Shown here one piece after another: positions 8,147-17,579 of a DNA stretch of 41,470 nucleotides. Position 1 is the stretch's first letter. Each line of letters opens with the position of its first letter. The stretch lies in the IMG/VR virus record IMGVR_UViG_3300025875_000644, positions 1-41,470 of that record. One strand, given 5' to 3'. The DNA is from a virus. Lineage: Duplodnaviria > Caudoviricetes. Under the pieces are notes generated by a model. It searched no databases, had not been told where the DNA came from, and was given only the letters and a program-made list of their open reading frames with translations. A program made the translations under genes and the position numbers.

Positions 8147-9027
8147 GCACCGACTACACCGACACCGAGACCAACGCCGCCGTGACCGCCGACGTCGCCG
8201 AGCGGGCCGCGCTCGCCGAGAACGCCGTCGACATCGTCGAGATCGGGAGCGGCCGCACGCTCCTGCGGACGCTGCGCCACGGCGACATCGTCGAGAAGCT
8301 CATCGACCCCGACAACTACGCCGACCGGCCGCGCAGGAAGACCGGCCAGGTGCAGCTGATCACCGTGCCGTCGCTGATCGCCTACGTCGAGAAGCACAAG
8401 GGGCTCGGCACCGAGGTGTGGGCCAACCCGGCGGCCGGCCGCTTCGAGGCCGTCCTCGACGACCACATCGGCACGAACGAGGATGACGAGGACACCGCTC
8501 CCGGCTGGGGTGACCACCGCGCGGTGTGCGTGCTGCAGCACACCCGCGACTGGAAGCACTGGCTGTCCGTCGACGGCCGGCTGATGGACCAGGTGCAGTT
8601 CGCCGAGCACCTGGAGGCCGGCCTCCACAACATCGTCCGGCCGGACGCCGCCGACCTGCTCGAGGTGGCGCAGACCCTGCACGGCTCCCGGAACGTGGCG
8701 TGGAAGTCCGGCGCCCGGCTCTCGGACGGGCAGGTGCAGCTGAAGTACGAGGAGGAGCTGCAGGGCCGGGCCGGGGCGTCGCGGGACCTGGAGATCCCGC
8801 AGGAGTTCGTGCTCGTCGTCGCCCCGTTCGAGGGGACCGCGGCCGTGGAGCTGAAGGCGTCGCTGCGCTGGCGGCTCCACGACGGCCGGGTCACCCTCGG
8901 CTACCGGCTGCAGCGCCCCGACGTCGTGCTGCGCGAGTCCGTGGACCTGCTCATCGACCAGGTCGAGGCCGACCTGGACCTGCGCGTGCTGCTCGGCACC
9001 CCGCGGCCTGCCCGGGTGATCCCGTGA
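8143..9027 (+). CDS. DUF2303/YfdQ-family protein
   Basis: PRRKTG, AVLDDH..PGWGDHRA, W..W......MDQVQFAEHLE, IPQEFVLVVAPFEG, LRWRLHDGRVTLGYRL. Confidence 0.85.
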   Translation: MSTDYTDTETNAAVTADVAERAALAENAVDIVEIGSGRTLLRTLRHGDIVEKLIDPDNYADRPRRKTGQVQLITVPSLIAYVEKHKGLGTEVWANPAAGRFEAVLDDHIGTNEDDEDTAPGWGDHRAVCVLQHTRDWKHWLSVDGRLMDQVQFAEHLEAGLHNIVRPDAADLLEVAQTLHGSRNVAWKSGARLSDGQVQLKYEEELQGRAGASRDLEIPQEFVLVVAPFEGTAAVELKASLRWRLHDGRVTLGYRLQRPDVVLRESVDLLIDQVEADLDLRVLLGTPRPARVIP

Positions 9028-9512
9028 CCGCCCCGACCATGACCCCGAGGCCCGTGCCGTTTCCGACGGTGTCGGTGCAGCACGGGGTGGCTGAGCAGCT
9101 CGCCCGCCTCTCCCACTTCGCCCTCCTCGACCTGCCGGAGGTGCACGAGATCTCGCGCGTCGCCGACTTTCTCATCGGGGACGTCGGCGGCGCGGCGCAG
9201 GCTCGCCGGCTGTGGAACGAGCTCCACGCCGACTGCCACCGGCTGTGGCACCTCATCTCCGACGACTGGGACGACCGGGACCTCGACGAGCTGTCGTTCG
9301 CGGACGCCAGGCGCATGGACCCGGGCGCCACGGCCGAGCAGGAGCTGATGGTGCGGTACGAGCGGACCCGTGACCGGCTGGTCGCCGACATCGAGGACCG
9401 CATCGGCCGGGGCCGGTACACCGCGGTGGAGATGCGCCGGGTGGACGCGGAGATCGCCTCGTCGATGGCCCGCCACCCCGCCGGCAGGAAGCTCGCCGGG
9501 AGCGCCTGGTGA
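9024..9512 (+). CDS. Hypothetical phage protein
   Basis: GTGA-coupled on both sides; plausible composition. Confidence 0.65.
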   Translation: MTAPTMTPRPVPFPTVSVQHGVAEQLARLSHFALLDLPEVHEISRVADFLIGDVGGAAQARRLWNELHADCHRLWHLISDDWDDRDLDELSFADARRMDPGATAEQELMVRYERTRDRLVADIEDRIGRGRYTAVEMRRVDAEIASSMARHPAGRKLAGSAW

Positions 9513-9832
9513 CCGCTGCGATGAACGTCGCCGGGGACCTCGACACGGCCGGTGGCTGCTACGGCATCGACGGGCCCGACCCCGACGACATCGAGCGCCC
9601 GCCGCTGGACCGCGCTGGCCGGCAGGCCATCACCGGCTGGACCGAGCAGCACGACGCAGCGGCCGTCGCCATCACCGGCGGCGCCACCGACCGGGCCGAG
9701 TCCGTCGACTGGCTGCTCGCGCTCGGCCTCATCGACAAGGCCACCGCGGCGGCCAGCCAGCTCGCCGCCGACCGTCGAGCCGGCGAGCAGTGGGCCAGCG
9801 AGCACGGCTACCTCCGCGAGGTGACCGGGTGA
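9509..9832 (+). CDS. Hypothetical phage protein
   Basis: GTGA-coupled on both sides. Confidence 0.65.
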   Translation: MTAAMNVAGDLDTAGGCYGIDGPDPDDIERPPLDRAGRQAITGWTEQHDAAAVAITGGATDRAESVDWLLALGLIDKATAAASQLAADRRAGEQWASEHGYLREVTG

Positions 9833-10731
9833 CCGCCGCCCTGCTGTCCGCCGACATCGAGGTCACGGCGGACGGCGTCCACGACGGAATGCCCGACGAC
9901 GTCTACCACTCGCAGAAGACGTCGCTGTCGTCGTCCGGGGCGCGCCAGCTACTCCCCCCGTCCTGCCCGGCCCGGTTCCGCTGGGAGCAGGACCACGCCC
10001 GGGCACCGAAGCGGCACTTCGACCAGGGTCACGCCGCGCACGCCCGCGTGCTCGGTGCTGGTGCCGAGGTGGTCGTCGTTCAGCGGGTCGCCAAGGACCT
10101 GTCCGTGGGGCCGGCCGAGGACTACCGGACGAAGAGCGCCCAGGAGCACCGGGACGCCATCCGCGCCGAGGGCAAGGTCCCGGTGCTCCAGACCGAGCTG
10201 GAGATGGTCGACGGGATGGCCGCGGCGATCCGCGAACACCCGGTCGCCAGCGTGCTGTTCGACCCCGAACTCGGCGGCACCCCGGAGCAGTCGCTGTTCT
10301 GGCGGGACCCGGCGTACGACGTGATGCGCCGGGCCCGGCTGGACTGGATGCCGCCGGTCCGGGACGACGGCCGGCTGATCGTCCCGGACTACAAGACCAC
10401 CGCCTCGGCGGAGCCGCGCGCGATCCAGAAGTCGGTGGCCAGCTACGGCTACGCCCAGCAGGACGGCTGGTACCGGGACGTGATCCACGGGCTGGGCATC
10501 GCCGAGTCCCCGGCGTTCGTCTTCGTTTTCCAGGAGAAGACGGCGCCGTTCCTGATCACGGTCGTGGAGATCGACGCGCCGTCGCTGCGCGTGGGCCGGG
10601 CGAAGAACGCCCGGGCCCTGGAGGTCTTCGCGGACTGCACCGCCACCGGTGTGTGGCCGCCCTACTCGACTGACGTCGAGCTCATCTCGCTCCCCGCCTG
10701 GGAGCTCAGCGAATACGGAGAGATCGCATGA
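9829..10731 (+). CDS. RecE-like exonuclease VIII, PD-(D/E)XK (DUF3799-type)
   Basis: YH....LSSSGARQLL...CPARF, GHAAHA, EQSLFW, RARLDW, DYKTT, YGYAQQ..WY, FVFVFQEKTAPF. Confidence 0.88.
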   Translation: MTAALLSADIEVTADGVHDGMPDDVYHSQKTSLSSSGARQLLPPSCPARFRWEQDHARAPKRHFDQGHAAHARVLGAGAEVVVVQRVAKDLSVGPAEDYRTKSAQEHRDAIRAEGKVPVLQTELEMVDGMAAAIREHPVASVLFDPELGGTPEQSLFWRDPAYDVMRRARLDWMPPVRDDGRLIVPDYKTTASAEPRAIQKSVASYGYAQQDGWYRDVIHGLGIAESPAFVFVFQEKTAPFLITVVEIDAPSLRVGRAKNARALEVFADCTATGVWPPYSTDVELISLPAWELSEYGEIA

Positions 10732-11072
10732 CCACCATGATCAACGCCGCCAAGTCGGCACCCGGGACACCGGAGGCCGACTACGTCGCTCAGTCCCTTG
10801 GGGTCGCAGGCCGCCGCCCGGCGCTCAACGAGCGGGCGCAGGCCGTCTCTGACCGCGTCGGTGGGGTGTTCGGTGCCTTGGACGAGCTGCGGCAGCGCCT
10901 GGAGCCGGTCCTCCTCCCGAGCGAGCCCACACCCCCCGGCCCGGACGCCCCCGCCGCCGCGGGGTCCTCCGAGCCGGACAGCTGGCTCGCCGACTTCCTC
11001 GGCACGACGACCAGCGAGCTCGAGCGCCTGTACGCCGCCATCGCCGTCCTCACCGGCCGGATCGACCTGTGA
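10728..11072 (+). CDS. Hypothetical phage protein
   Basis: Coupled ORF between the exonuclease and the ATPase. Confidence 0.65.
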   Translation: MTTMINAAKSAPGTPEADYVAQSLGVAGRRPALNERAQAVSDRVGGVFGALDELRQRLEPVLLPSEPTPPGPDAPAAAGSSEPDSWLADFLGTTTSELERLYAAIAVLTGRIDL

Positions 11073-12274
11073 AGATCATCCGGCTCACCGCGGAGAACGT
11101 GAAGCGGCTCAAGGCTGTGGAGATCACCCCCGACGGCACGGTGCAGGTCATCACGGGGCGCAACGCCCAGGGGAAGACCAGCGTGCTGGACGCGATCTGG
11201 CTCGCCCTCGGCGGCGGGGCCGCAGCACGCGGCACGGCGCAGCCGATCCGGGCCGGCGAGGACCGGGCCGAGGTCACTCTCGACCTCGGGGACCTGGTCG
11301 TCACTCGCCGCTGGCTGGGTGAGAAGACGGCGCTGACCGTGACGTCGGCGGACGGGGCGAAGTACCAGTCCCCGCAGAGCGTGCTGGACGCCCTGGTCGG
11401 CCGGCTGTCGTTCGACCCGCTGGCGTTCACCCGCCTGGCGCCGCGGGAGCAGATCGCCGCGCTGCTGGAGCTGGTGCACCTCGACGTCGACCTCGGCCAG
11501 CTGGCCGCAGACCGGCAGCGGCTTTACGACGAGCGCACCGAGATCGGCCGGCAGCTGAAGGCCCGCGAGGGCGAGCGAGCCGGGCTCGGCCAGCTGGAGG
11601 ACGCCCCCGATCAGGAGGTGTCGGCCTCCGACCTGATCGCCCGCATCCAGGCCGCCCAGCAGGCGGAGCGCCAGCAGGACAACGACCGCGAGCGAGCGGC
11701 CAACCTGACGCAGCAGGTGGAGGACTTGGAACGGCAGCTGCGCTACGTGCGGGCCGCGCTGGCCGACGCGGAGGCTGCGGTCGCTGCACATCAGCCGGTC
11801 ACCGACGTCGCCACGCTGCAGGAGGAGCTGACCGGCCTGGAGGACGCCAACCGGGCAGTCCGCCGCAACACCGACCGGGCGCACGTCGCCGGCCTGGTCC
11901 AGGGGCTGCGCGACTCCTACGACGAGCGCACCGCCGGGATCGGCGCGATCGACCGGGCGAAGGCCACCGCGCTGGCCGCCGCCGAGTTCCCGGTCCCCGG
12001 TCTCGGGTTCGACGACGCCGGCGTGACCTACGACGGCGTGCCGTTCTCGCAGGCGTCGTCCGCCGAGCAGATCCGGGTGTCGCTGGCCATGGCGATGAGC
12101 CTCAACCCGCAGCTGCGGGTCATCCGGATCGTCGACGGCTCCCTGCTGGACGCCGACAGCCTCCGGCTGATCTCCGACATGGCCGCCGACCGGGACTACC
12201 AGGTGTGGATCGAGCGGGTCGCGGACGGCTCCGGTGTCGGCGTCGTCATCGAGGACGGGGAGGTGGCGGCATGA
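11069..12274 (+). CDS. SMC/Rad50-like AAA ATPase
   Basis: ENVKRL, Walker A GRNAQGKTS, coiled coil, signature SQASSAEQ, Walker B/D-loop IRIVDGSLLD. Confidence 0.88.
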   Translation: MKIIRLTAENVKRLKAVEITPDGTVQVITGRNAQGKTSVLDAIWLALGGGAAARGTAQPIRAGEDRAEVTLDLGDLVVTRRWLGEKTALTVTSADGAKYQSPQSVLDALVGRLSFDPLAFTRLAPREQIAALLELVHLDVDLGQLAADRQRLYDERTEIGRQLKAREGERAGLGQLEDAPDQEVSASDLIARIQAAQQAERQQDNDRERAANLTQQVEDLERQLRYVRAALADAEAAVAAHQPVTDVATLQEELTGLEDANRAVRRNTDRAHVAGLVQGLRDSYDERTAGIGAIDRAKATALAAAEFPVPGLGFDDAGVTYDGVPFSQASSAEQIRVSLAMAMSLNPQLRVIRIVDGSLLDADSLRLISDMAADRDYQVWIERVADGSGVGVVIEDGEVAA

Positions 12275-13356
12275 CCGCCGCCCTGGACAGGGTCGGCCAG
12301 CGCGCCGCAGCCACCCCGGACCGGATCGGTCAGGCCACCGCAGTCGAGCAGGCCCGGGCGGTCGCAGAGGTCGCCGCCGCCGTGCAGGTGGCCCGCCAGT
12401 TCCCCCGCGACATGGAGCGGGTCATCGAGGACCTGGAGGAGGCCTGCGGCGACTACGAGCTGGCCCGGGAGGCGTTCTACGCGGTCCAGAACCGCGGGGA
12501 CGGCCCGTCGGTGCACCTCGCCCGGGAGCTCGCCCGGATCTTCGGGAACTTCCAGTACGGGGTCCACGAGCTGCGCCGTGACGACGAGGCCGGCGAGTCC
12601 GAGGTGCAGGCGTTCGCGTGGGACGTGGAGCGGAACACCCGCTCCAGCCGGACCTTCGTCAACCCGCACGCCACCATGAAGAAGGTCGGTGGGGTCCAGA
12701 CCCGGGTGACGATCGTCGACCTCGACGACATCTACCGGTCGAACCAGAACACCGGCGCCCGCGCGGTCCGCGAGGTCATCTTCTCCTCGCTGCCGAAGAA
12801 GGTCGTCCGCTACGCCGAGGAGCTGTGCCGGGCCACGCTGACCCGCGGCAAGGACGGGCAGAGCATCGAGGCCCGCCGCAAGGAGGCGGTCGACGCGTTC
12901 GCCCGCGGCAGCGTCGCCGTCGCCCAGCTGGTGAAGCGGGTCGGGAAGCCGGTCGAGCAGTGGACGCCGCAGGACGTCGCCGGCCTGGAGGTGCTGTACG
13001 GGTCGCTGACCCACGGGGAGATCACCCGGCAGGAGGCGTTCCCCGAGGAGGCCGGTGGGGACGGGCAGGAGCGGGTCACGGCCGGGGAGATCGCCGGGCA
13101 GGGCGCGGCCGGGACGAAGGCGACGCAGGGCCAGCTGGCCCGCATCCACGCGCTGCTGCACGACTACGGGGTGGAGTCCGACGACGGGGTGCGGGAGGCC
13201 ATCGGCCTGATCCTGCAGAAGCCGCCGGCGTCCCGGACGGCGCTGACGAAGGTCGACGCCGACACGGTGATCGCCAGCCTGGAGAAGGGCGCCCCTCCCG
13301 CGCCGCCGACCGCCGGCTCCACCGCCGGTGACGAGCAGATCGGGACGGCGTCCTGA
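12271..13356 (+). CDS. Probable recombination/ssDNA-annealing protein (actinophage RecT-like family)
   Basis: QATAVEQARAVAEV..A..FPRD, GPSVHLARELARIFGN, AWDVERN motifs; position after RecE and the ATPase. Confidence 0.65.
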   Translation: MTAALDRVGQRAAATPDRIGQATAVEQARAVAEVAAAVQVARQFPRDMERVIEDLEEACGDYELAREAFYAVQNRGDGPSVHLARELARIFGNFQYGVHELRRDDEAGESEVQAFAWDVERNTRSSRTFVNPHATMKKVGGVQTRVTIVDLDDIYRSNQNTGARAVREVIFSSLPKKVVRYAEELCRATLTRGKDGQSIEARRKEAVDAFARGSVAVAQLVKRVGKPVEQWTPQDVAGLEVLYGSLTHGEITRQEAFPEEAGGDGQERVTAGEIAGQGAAGTKATQGQLARIHALLHDYGVESDDGVREAIGLILQKPPASRTALTKVDADTVIASLEKGAPPAPPTAGSTAGDEQIGTAS

Positions 13357-13967
13357 TGGCCGGCCAGGAGCTGCACCCGCCGCAGGAGTTCTCCGACCTG
13401 GAGATGGCCACGCTGGCTCGGTTCGATGCCGCGCAGGCCCGGTTCCCGTGGGCAGAGGAACCGCTCACCCCGACGGGCCCGATCGTGCACGCGCACGAGC
13501 TGGTGCCCCAGCCGTCGACCGAGACGGGCACGGCGGCGGAATGGTCGACGTACTACCTGGCGCGCGCCTGCGCCCAGGAGCGCCTGGCCACGTTCTTGGT
13601 GCCCCGCGGTGTCGGGCCGGATGACGAGCTGACGGACTACCTCGCCGCGCTCACCCAGTTCGTCAGCGACTTCTCGATCGCCTTCCTGCTGCGTCGGGTG
13701 CCCGATGAGGTGGCCCAGGAGCTGATGGGCTGGTTGGACTCCGGCGATGTCGCCGACGAGTGGACGTACCAGTGGCTGCGGGAGGCCGGGGTGAACCCCG
13801 GTCACATCCGAAGCGCGCTGACCCGCGACGAGATCCGCGCCGAGCGCGAACGGCGGCTGACCCAGCTGCGGGCCAGCCGCACCGTGCACGCCGCGGCGGC
13901 CGAGCAGCTCGCCGCCGCCGGCCACGACGTCGAGCTCACCACCGATGCGCAGGACGGTGCCCGATGA
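13356..13967 (+). CDS. Hypothetical phage protein
   Basis: TGATG-coupled 203 aa ORF. Confidence 0.65.
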   Translation: MAGQELHPPQEFSDLEMATLARFDAAQARFPWAEEPLTPTGPIVHAHELVPQPSTETGTAAEWSTYYLARACAQERLATFLVPRGVGPDDELTDYLAALTQFVSDFSIAFLLRRVPDEVAQELMGWLDSGDVADEWTYQWLREAGVNPGHIRSALTRDEIRAERERRLTQLRASRTVHAAAAEQLAAAGHDVELTTDAQDGAR

Positions 13968-14164
13968 GCATCGACATCCAGCTGGGCGGGCCCGACCCGT
14001 TCCCCGAGGAGAAGAAGGGCGACTGCCCGGCCGGCGAGAACCACTACTTCTGCACCCGCAACGCCGGACACGAGCCGCCGCACGTCGCGCTCGCCGACGT
14101 CGTGGTGGCCGTGTGGCCGCCCTACACCGAGCTGCCGATCCGCAGCGGGGACGGGTTCGCGTGA
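13964..14164 (+). CDS. Small Cys/His protein
   Basis: ATGA-coupled; C..CTRNAGHEPPH motif. Confidence 0.6.
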   Translation: MSIDIQLGGPDPFPEEKKGDCPAGENHYFCTRNAGHEPPHVALADVVVAVWPPYTELPIRSGDGFA

Positions 14165-14667
14165 CCGGCCCGACGTACGCCGCGAGCACCGACGTCCCCG
14201 CCGACCGCTCCCGAGCCGAGATCGAGAAGGCGGTCCGCCGCTACGGCGGCCGCCGGTTCATGTACGGCTGGGAGGAGGACGGGAACACCCCCCGGGCCGT
14301 CGTCGCCTTCGTCATCGACGAGCGGCAGGTGCGGTTCCTACTGCCGATGCCGAACTCGCAGTCCCGCGAGTTCACCCACACCCCGGCGCGGAAGAACCTC
14401 CGCTCGGACGCCGAGCGGGAGAAGGCGTACGAGCAGGCCGTCCGGTCTCGCTGGCGGTCCCTCGGGCTCGTCATCCGAGCCAAGCTGGAGGCCGTCGCCG
14501 CGGGCATCGTCACCTTCGAGGACGAGTTCATGGCGCACCTGGTGCTGCCCGAGGGCGACACGGTCGCCGACCGGATGCGCCCGGTGCTCGCCCAGACGTT
14601 CGCCGAGGGCCGTACCCCACCGGCGCTGCTCCCGGCCGCGCCGCTGGCGATCGGCGGTTCGTCATGA
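14161..14667 (+). CDS. Conserved phage protein of unknown function
   Basis: YAASTDVPADRSRAEIEK..RYG..F, RWRSLGLVIRAKLEAV..GIVTFEDEFMAH. Confidence 0.75.
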   Translation: MTGPTYAASTDVPADRSRAEIEKAVRRYGGRRFMYGWEEDGNTPRAVVAFVIDERQVRFLLPMPNSQSREFTHTPARKNLRSDAEREKAYEQAVRSRWRSLGLVIRAKLEAVAAGIVTFEDEFMAHLVLPEGDTVADRMRPVLAQTFAEGRTPPALLPAAPLAIGGSS

Positions 14668-15152
14668 CCCCGGTCCTGGTGTTCACGGTCATGGGTGTCC
14701 CGGCGACGAAGGGGTCACTGAAGCCGGTGCCGCGCGGGAAGCACACCGCGCTGGTCGAGTCGCACGCGACGTCGAAGCCGTGGCGGGAGGCCGTGAAGTA
14801 CGCGGCCCTGGAGGAGATCGCCGACCGGGAGGGCACCGGCGACCCGTTCGCCATGCTCAGCGGCCCGGTGCAGGTCGAGGTGGTCTTCTCGTTCAACCGG
14901 CCGAAGAGCGCCCCGAAGACCCGGCGGACGTGGCCGTGCACCCGGTCCTCGGGTGACGTCGACAAGCTGCTGCGCAACCTGTTCGACGCGCTGGCCGACG
15001 CCGGCGTGGTGCTCGACGACTCCCAGATCGTGCGGGTCGTCGCGGACAAGACGTTCGTGGGCGAGGATCCGTCGTCGCTGGCGAGCCCGGGCGCCGAGGT
15101 CGTCGTCCGCACGCTGCCCGCCGCGGTGATGCCGGAGGTGTCCCGTGGCTGA
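14664..15152 (+). CDS. rusA: RusA-family Holliday junction resolvase
   Basis: G.PATKGS, KPWRE, F.F.RPKS, DVDKLLRNLFDAL..AGVVLDDSQIV. Confidence 0.9.
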   Translation: MTPVLVFTVMGVPATKGSLKPVPRGKHTALVESHATSKPWREAVKYAALEEIADREGTGDPFAMLSGPVQVEVVFSFNRPKSAPKTRRTWPCTRSSGDVDKLLRNLFDALADAGVVLDDSQIVRVVADKTFVGEDPSSLASPGAEVVVRTLPAAVMPEVSRG

Positions 15153-15780
15153 CCTCGTGCCCGGCTCGGAGATCGAGGCCATCGTCGGCGCCCGCCGGGA
15201 CGAGCGGCAGCACCTCGGCCGGGCGGTCTCCGCCGAGGAGACGGTGTACATCCTCCACTCCGAGCAGTGCCGCCAGCTCCACGACGCCGGCACCCGGGAC
15301 ATGCGGGAGTGCCTGTTCTCCCTCGCGCTCGACCGCGGCATCGACCCGGCGGACTGGGCCGGGATGGAGGACCGGCCGGTCGTCCTCCGGGCCCGCGGCG
15401 GCCGCCTGACCCCGGCGACCGCGCTGCCGCAGCGGCTCCAGCTGCGCCGCACGAAGGGCTGGCGGAAGCCGGGCGGCGCGGTCGTCGTCGCCCGTCCCGG
15501 ACGGTGGGGCAACCCCTGGGTGGTCCACCAGCACGGTGAGCGGTGCGGCGAGGACCTGCTCCGTTGCCCGGTCCACTCCGCGGACTCGCCGGCTGACGCC
15601 GTCCGCCTGTACCGGCACGCCGTCCTGTGGCCGGTGACCGGCCAGCCGGAGGTGCCCACGCCCGACGAGATCCGCGACGAGCTGGCCGGCCACGACCTGG
15701 CGTGCTGGTGCCCACCCGGCCAGCCGTGCCACGCCGACTTCCTGCTGGAGCTGGCCAACGGCGGCGAGCCTCGTGGGTGA
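15145..15780 (+). CDS. DUF4326 domain protein with an extra N-terminal domain
   Basis: LQLRRTKGWRKPGGAVVVARPGRWGNPW..ELAGHDLACWCPPGQPCHADFLLELAN. Confidence 0.85.
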   Translation: MADLVPGSEIEAIVGARRDERQHLGRAVSAEETVYILHSEQCRQLHDAGTRDMRECLFSLALDRGIDPADWAGMEDRPVVLRARGGRLTPATALPQRLQLRRTKGWRKPGGAVVVARPGRWGNPWVVHQHGERCGEDLLRCPVHSADSPADAVRLYRHAVLWPVTGQPEVPTPDEIRDELAGHDLACWCPPGQPCHADFLLELANGGEPRG

Positions 15781-16828
15781 CCGCACCGGCATCGAGTGGA
15801 CCGAGGCGACCTGGAACCCGGCCACGGGGTGCACGAAGGTCTCGCCGGGCTGCGACCACTGCTACGCGGAGACGATCGCGCACCGGTTCGCCGGCACGAA
15901 GGCGTACCCGGACGGGTTCGCGCCGACGCTGCGCCCGGAGCTCCTCGACCAGCCGCTGCGCTGGACCCGGCCCCGCCGGATCTTCGTGTGCTCGATGGCC
16001 GACCTGTTCCACGACCAGGTCCCCGACGAGTACATCGCCGAGGTGTTCGCCGTCATGGCTACGGCCGGGCAGCACACCTTCCAGGTGCTCACGAAGCGGC
16101 ACGCCCGGATGCGGTCCCTGCTGTCCTCATGGGACTTCGTGAACATGGTGGCGAAGGCTGCCAACGTCCGCACCGGCCGCACCTCCCCGCCGCACGCCCT
16201 CCCAGGCTGGCCGCTGCCCAACGTCTGGGTCGGCGTCTCCGCTGAGAACCAGCGGTGGGCCGACATCCGCATCCCAGCGCTGCTCGACACCCCGGCTGCC
16301 GTCCGCTGGGTGTCCGCCGAGCCGCTGCTCGGCCCGCTCGTGCTGCACCCGTACTGGACGGCCGGGAAGCCTGAGTGGGGCCCGGAGTACCCGGAGCCCA
16401 CCAGCCCGACAGGCGTGCTGGTGCGTGACCTGGTGAAGGGGCCGCGACTGGACTGGGTCGTCGCAGGCGGCGAGTCCGGCCCGGGTGCCCGACCCATGCA
16501 CCCGGACTGGCCGGAGCGGCTCCGTGACGACTGCGCCGCCGCCGGCGTGCCGTTCCTGTTCAAGCAGTGGGGCGAGTGGACTCCGATGGCACCGCTGCGG
16601 GACGGCGTCTTCGACTTCACCGGCAGCTACTCGCTGGCCAACGACGGGACCCTCTACGAGCCCGGCGCGCTGGCATACCCCGACGGGCCCCGGTGGGGCG
16701 AGGCGCTCCGCGCCGACCATGGCCGCGCGCACCTGACGAGCATGTACCGGCTCGGGAAGAAGGCGGCCGGCCGCGAGCTGGACGGCCAGCTGCACGACGG
16801 CTATCCCGCCGAGGTGTCCCGTGGCTGA
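15773..16828 (+). CDS. Phage Gp37/Gp68 (DUF5131) protein, radical-SAM-like
   Basis: TGIEWTEATWNPATGCTKVSPGCDHCYAE, FVCSMADLFH, HTFQVLTKR, SAEPLLG, DWVVAGGESGPGARPMHPDW, FKQWG. Confidence 0.93.
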   Translation: MGDRTGIEWTEATWNPATGCTKVSPGCDHCYAETIAHRFAGTKAYPDGFAPTLRPELLDQPLRWTRPRRIFVCSMADLFHDQVPDEYIAEVFAVMATAGQHTFQVLTKRHARMRSLLSSWDFVNMVAKAANVRTGRTSPPHALPGWPLPNVWVGVSAENQRWADIRIPALLDTPAAVRWVSAEPLLGPLVLHPYWTAGKPEWGPEYPEPTSPTGVLVRDLVKGPRLDWVVAGGESGPGARPMHPDWPERLRDDCAAAGVPFLFKQWGEWTPMAPLRDGVFDFTGSYSLANDGTLYEPGALAYPDGPRWGEALRADHGRAHLTSMYRLGKKAAGRELDGQLHDGYPAEVSRG

Positions 16829-17315
16829 CCGCATCGTGCGCGGCGCCGAGCTCTCCGAAGACGGCGTCTACCGGTACGAGCTGACCCGCCGCTGGTCGAC
16901 CGCACCCCGCGACGTCTGGATCATGCTCAACCCCTCCACCGCGGACGCCCAGATCGACGACCCCACGGTCCGCCGCTGCATCGGGTTCTCCAGGTACTGG
17001 GGGGCCGGCGCGATCTCCGTCGTGAACCTGTTCGCGCTCCGGGCCACCGACCCGGCGCAGCTGCGCCGGCACCCGGACCCGATCGGGCCGGTCGCCGACG
17101 AGGCGATCACCCGCGCCGTCCACGTCGCCCGCGCCCGGGGCGCCCGGGTCATCGCCGCCTGGGGTGGCCACCAGATGGCCGGCCCACGCGGCCAGCACGT
17201 CCGGGCGCTGGTCGGTGAGCCGCTGCTGTGCCTCGGCACGACCCAGTCCGGACACCCGCGGCACCCGCTCTACGTCCGGGGCGACACCCAGCTCGCCCCG
17301 CTGCCCACCACCTGA
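16821..17315 (+). CDS. DUF1643 family protein
   Basis: YRYELTRRW, IMLNPSTADAQIDDPTVRRCIGF, VNLFALRATDP, IAAWG, G.PRHPLY. Confidence 0.92.
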   Translation: MADRIVRGAELSEDGVYRYELTRRWSTAPRDVWIMLNPSTADAQIDDPTVRRCIGFSRYWGAGAISVVNLFALRATDPAQLRRHPDPIGPVADEAITRAVHVARARGARVIAAWGGHQMAGPRGQHVRALVGEPLLCLGTTQSGHPRHPLYVRGDTQLAPLPTT

Positions 17316-17330
17316 TCGAAGGAGACCACC

Positions 17331-17579
17331 ATGCCCAGCTACCTCGTCCTCGTCCCCCGCGACGGGGAGTGGCACGCCGCGACCCGCGAAGGTCTCGCGG
17401 TCACCACCACCGAGCGCACCCAGATCGCGCTGCGCAGCATGGAGGGCCGCCGGCCGCCGACCATCGTCGTCAGCACCGACATGCCGACCATCGACCTGGT
17501 CGACCTGCTGACCGGCACCGTGGAGCCCACCAGCCGCCCGGCGACCGAGCCCAGCACGGACGGCGGTGAGCAGCCGTGA
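17331..17579 (+). CDS. Hypothetical phage protein
   Basis: Strong AAGGAG RBS before the ATG. Confidence 0.7.
   Translation: MPSYLVLVPRDGEWHAATREGLAVTTTERTQIALRSMEGRRPPTIVVSTDMPTIDLVDLLTGTVEPTSRPATEPSTDGGEQP

Larger units (their letters stand above)
15135..16830 (+). repeat. Exact 20-bp direct repeat GAGGTGTCCCGTGGCTGACC at two gene junctions
   Basis: Copies at 15135-15154 and 16811-16830; each contains RBS, upstream stop and downstream start. Confidence 0.9.
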
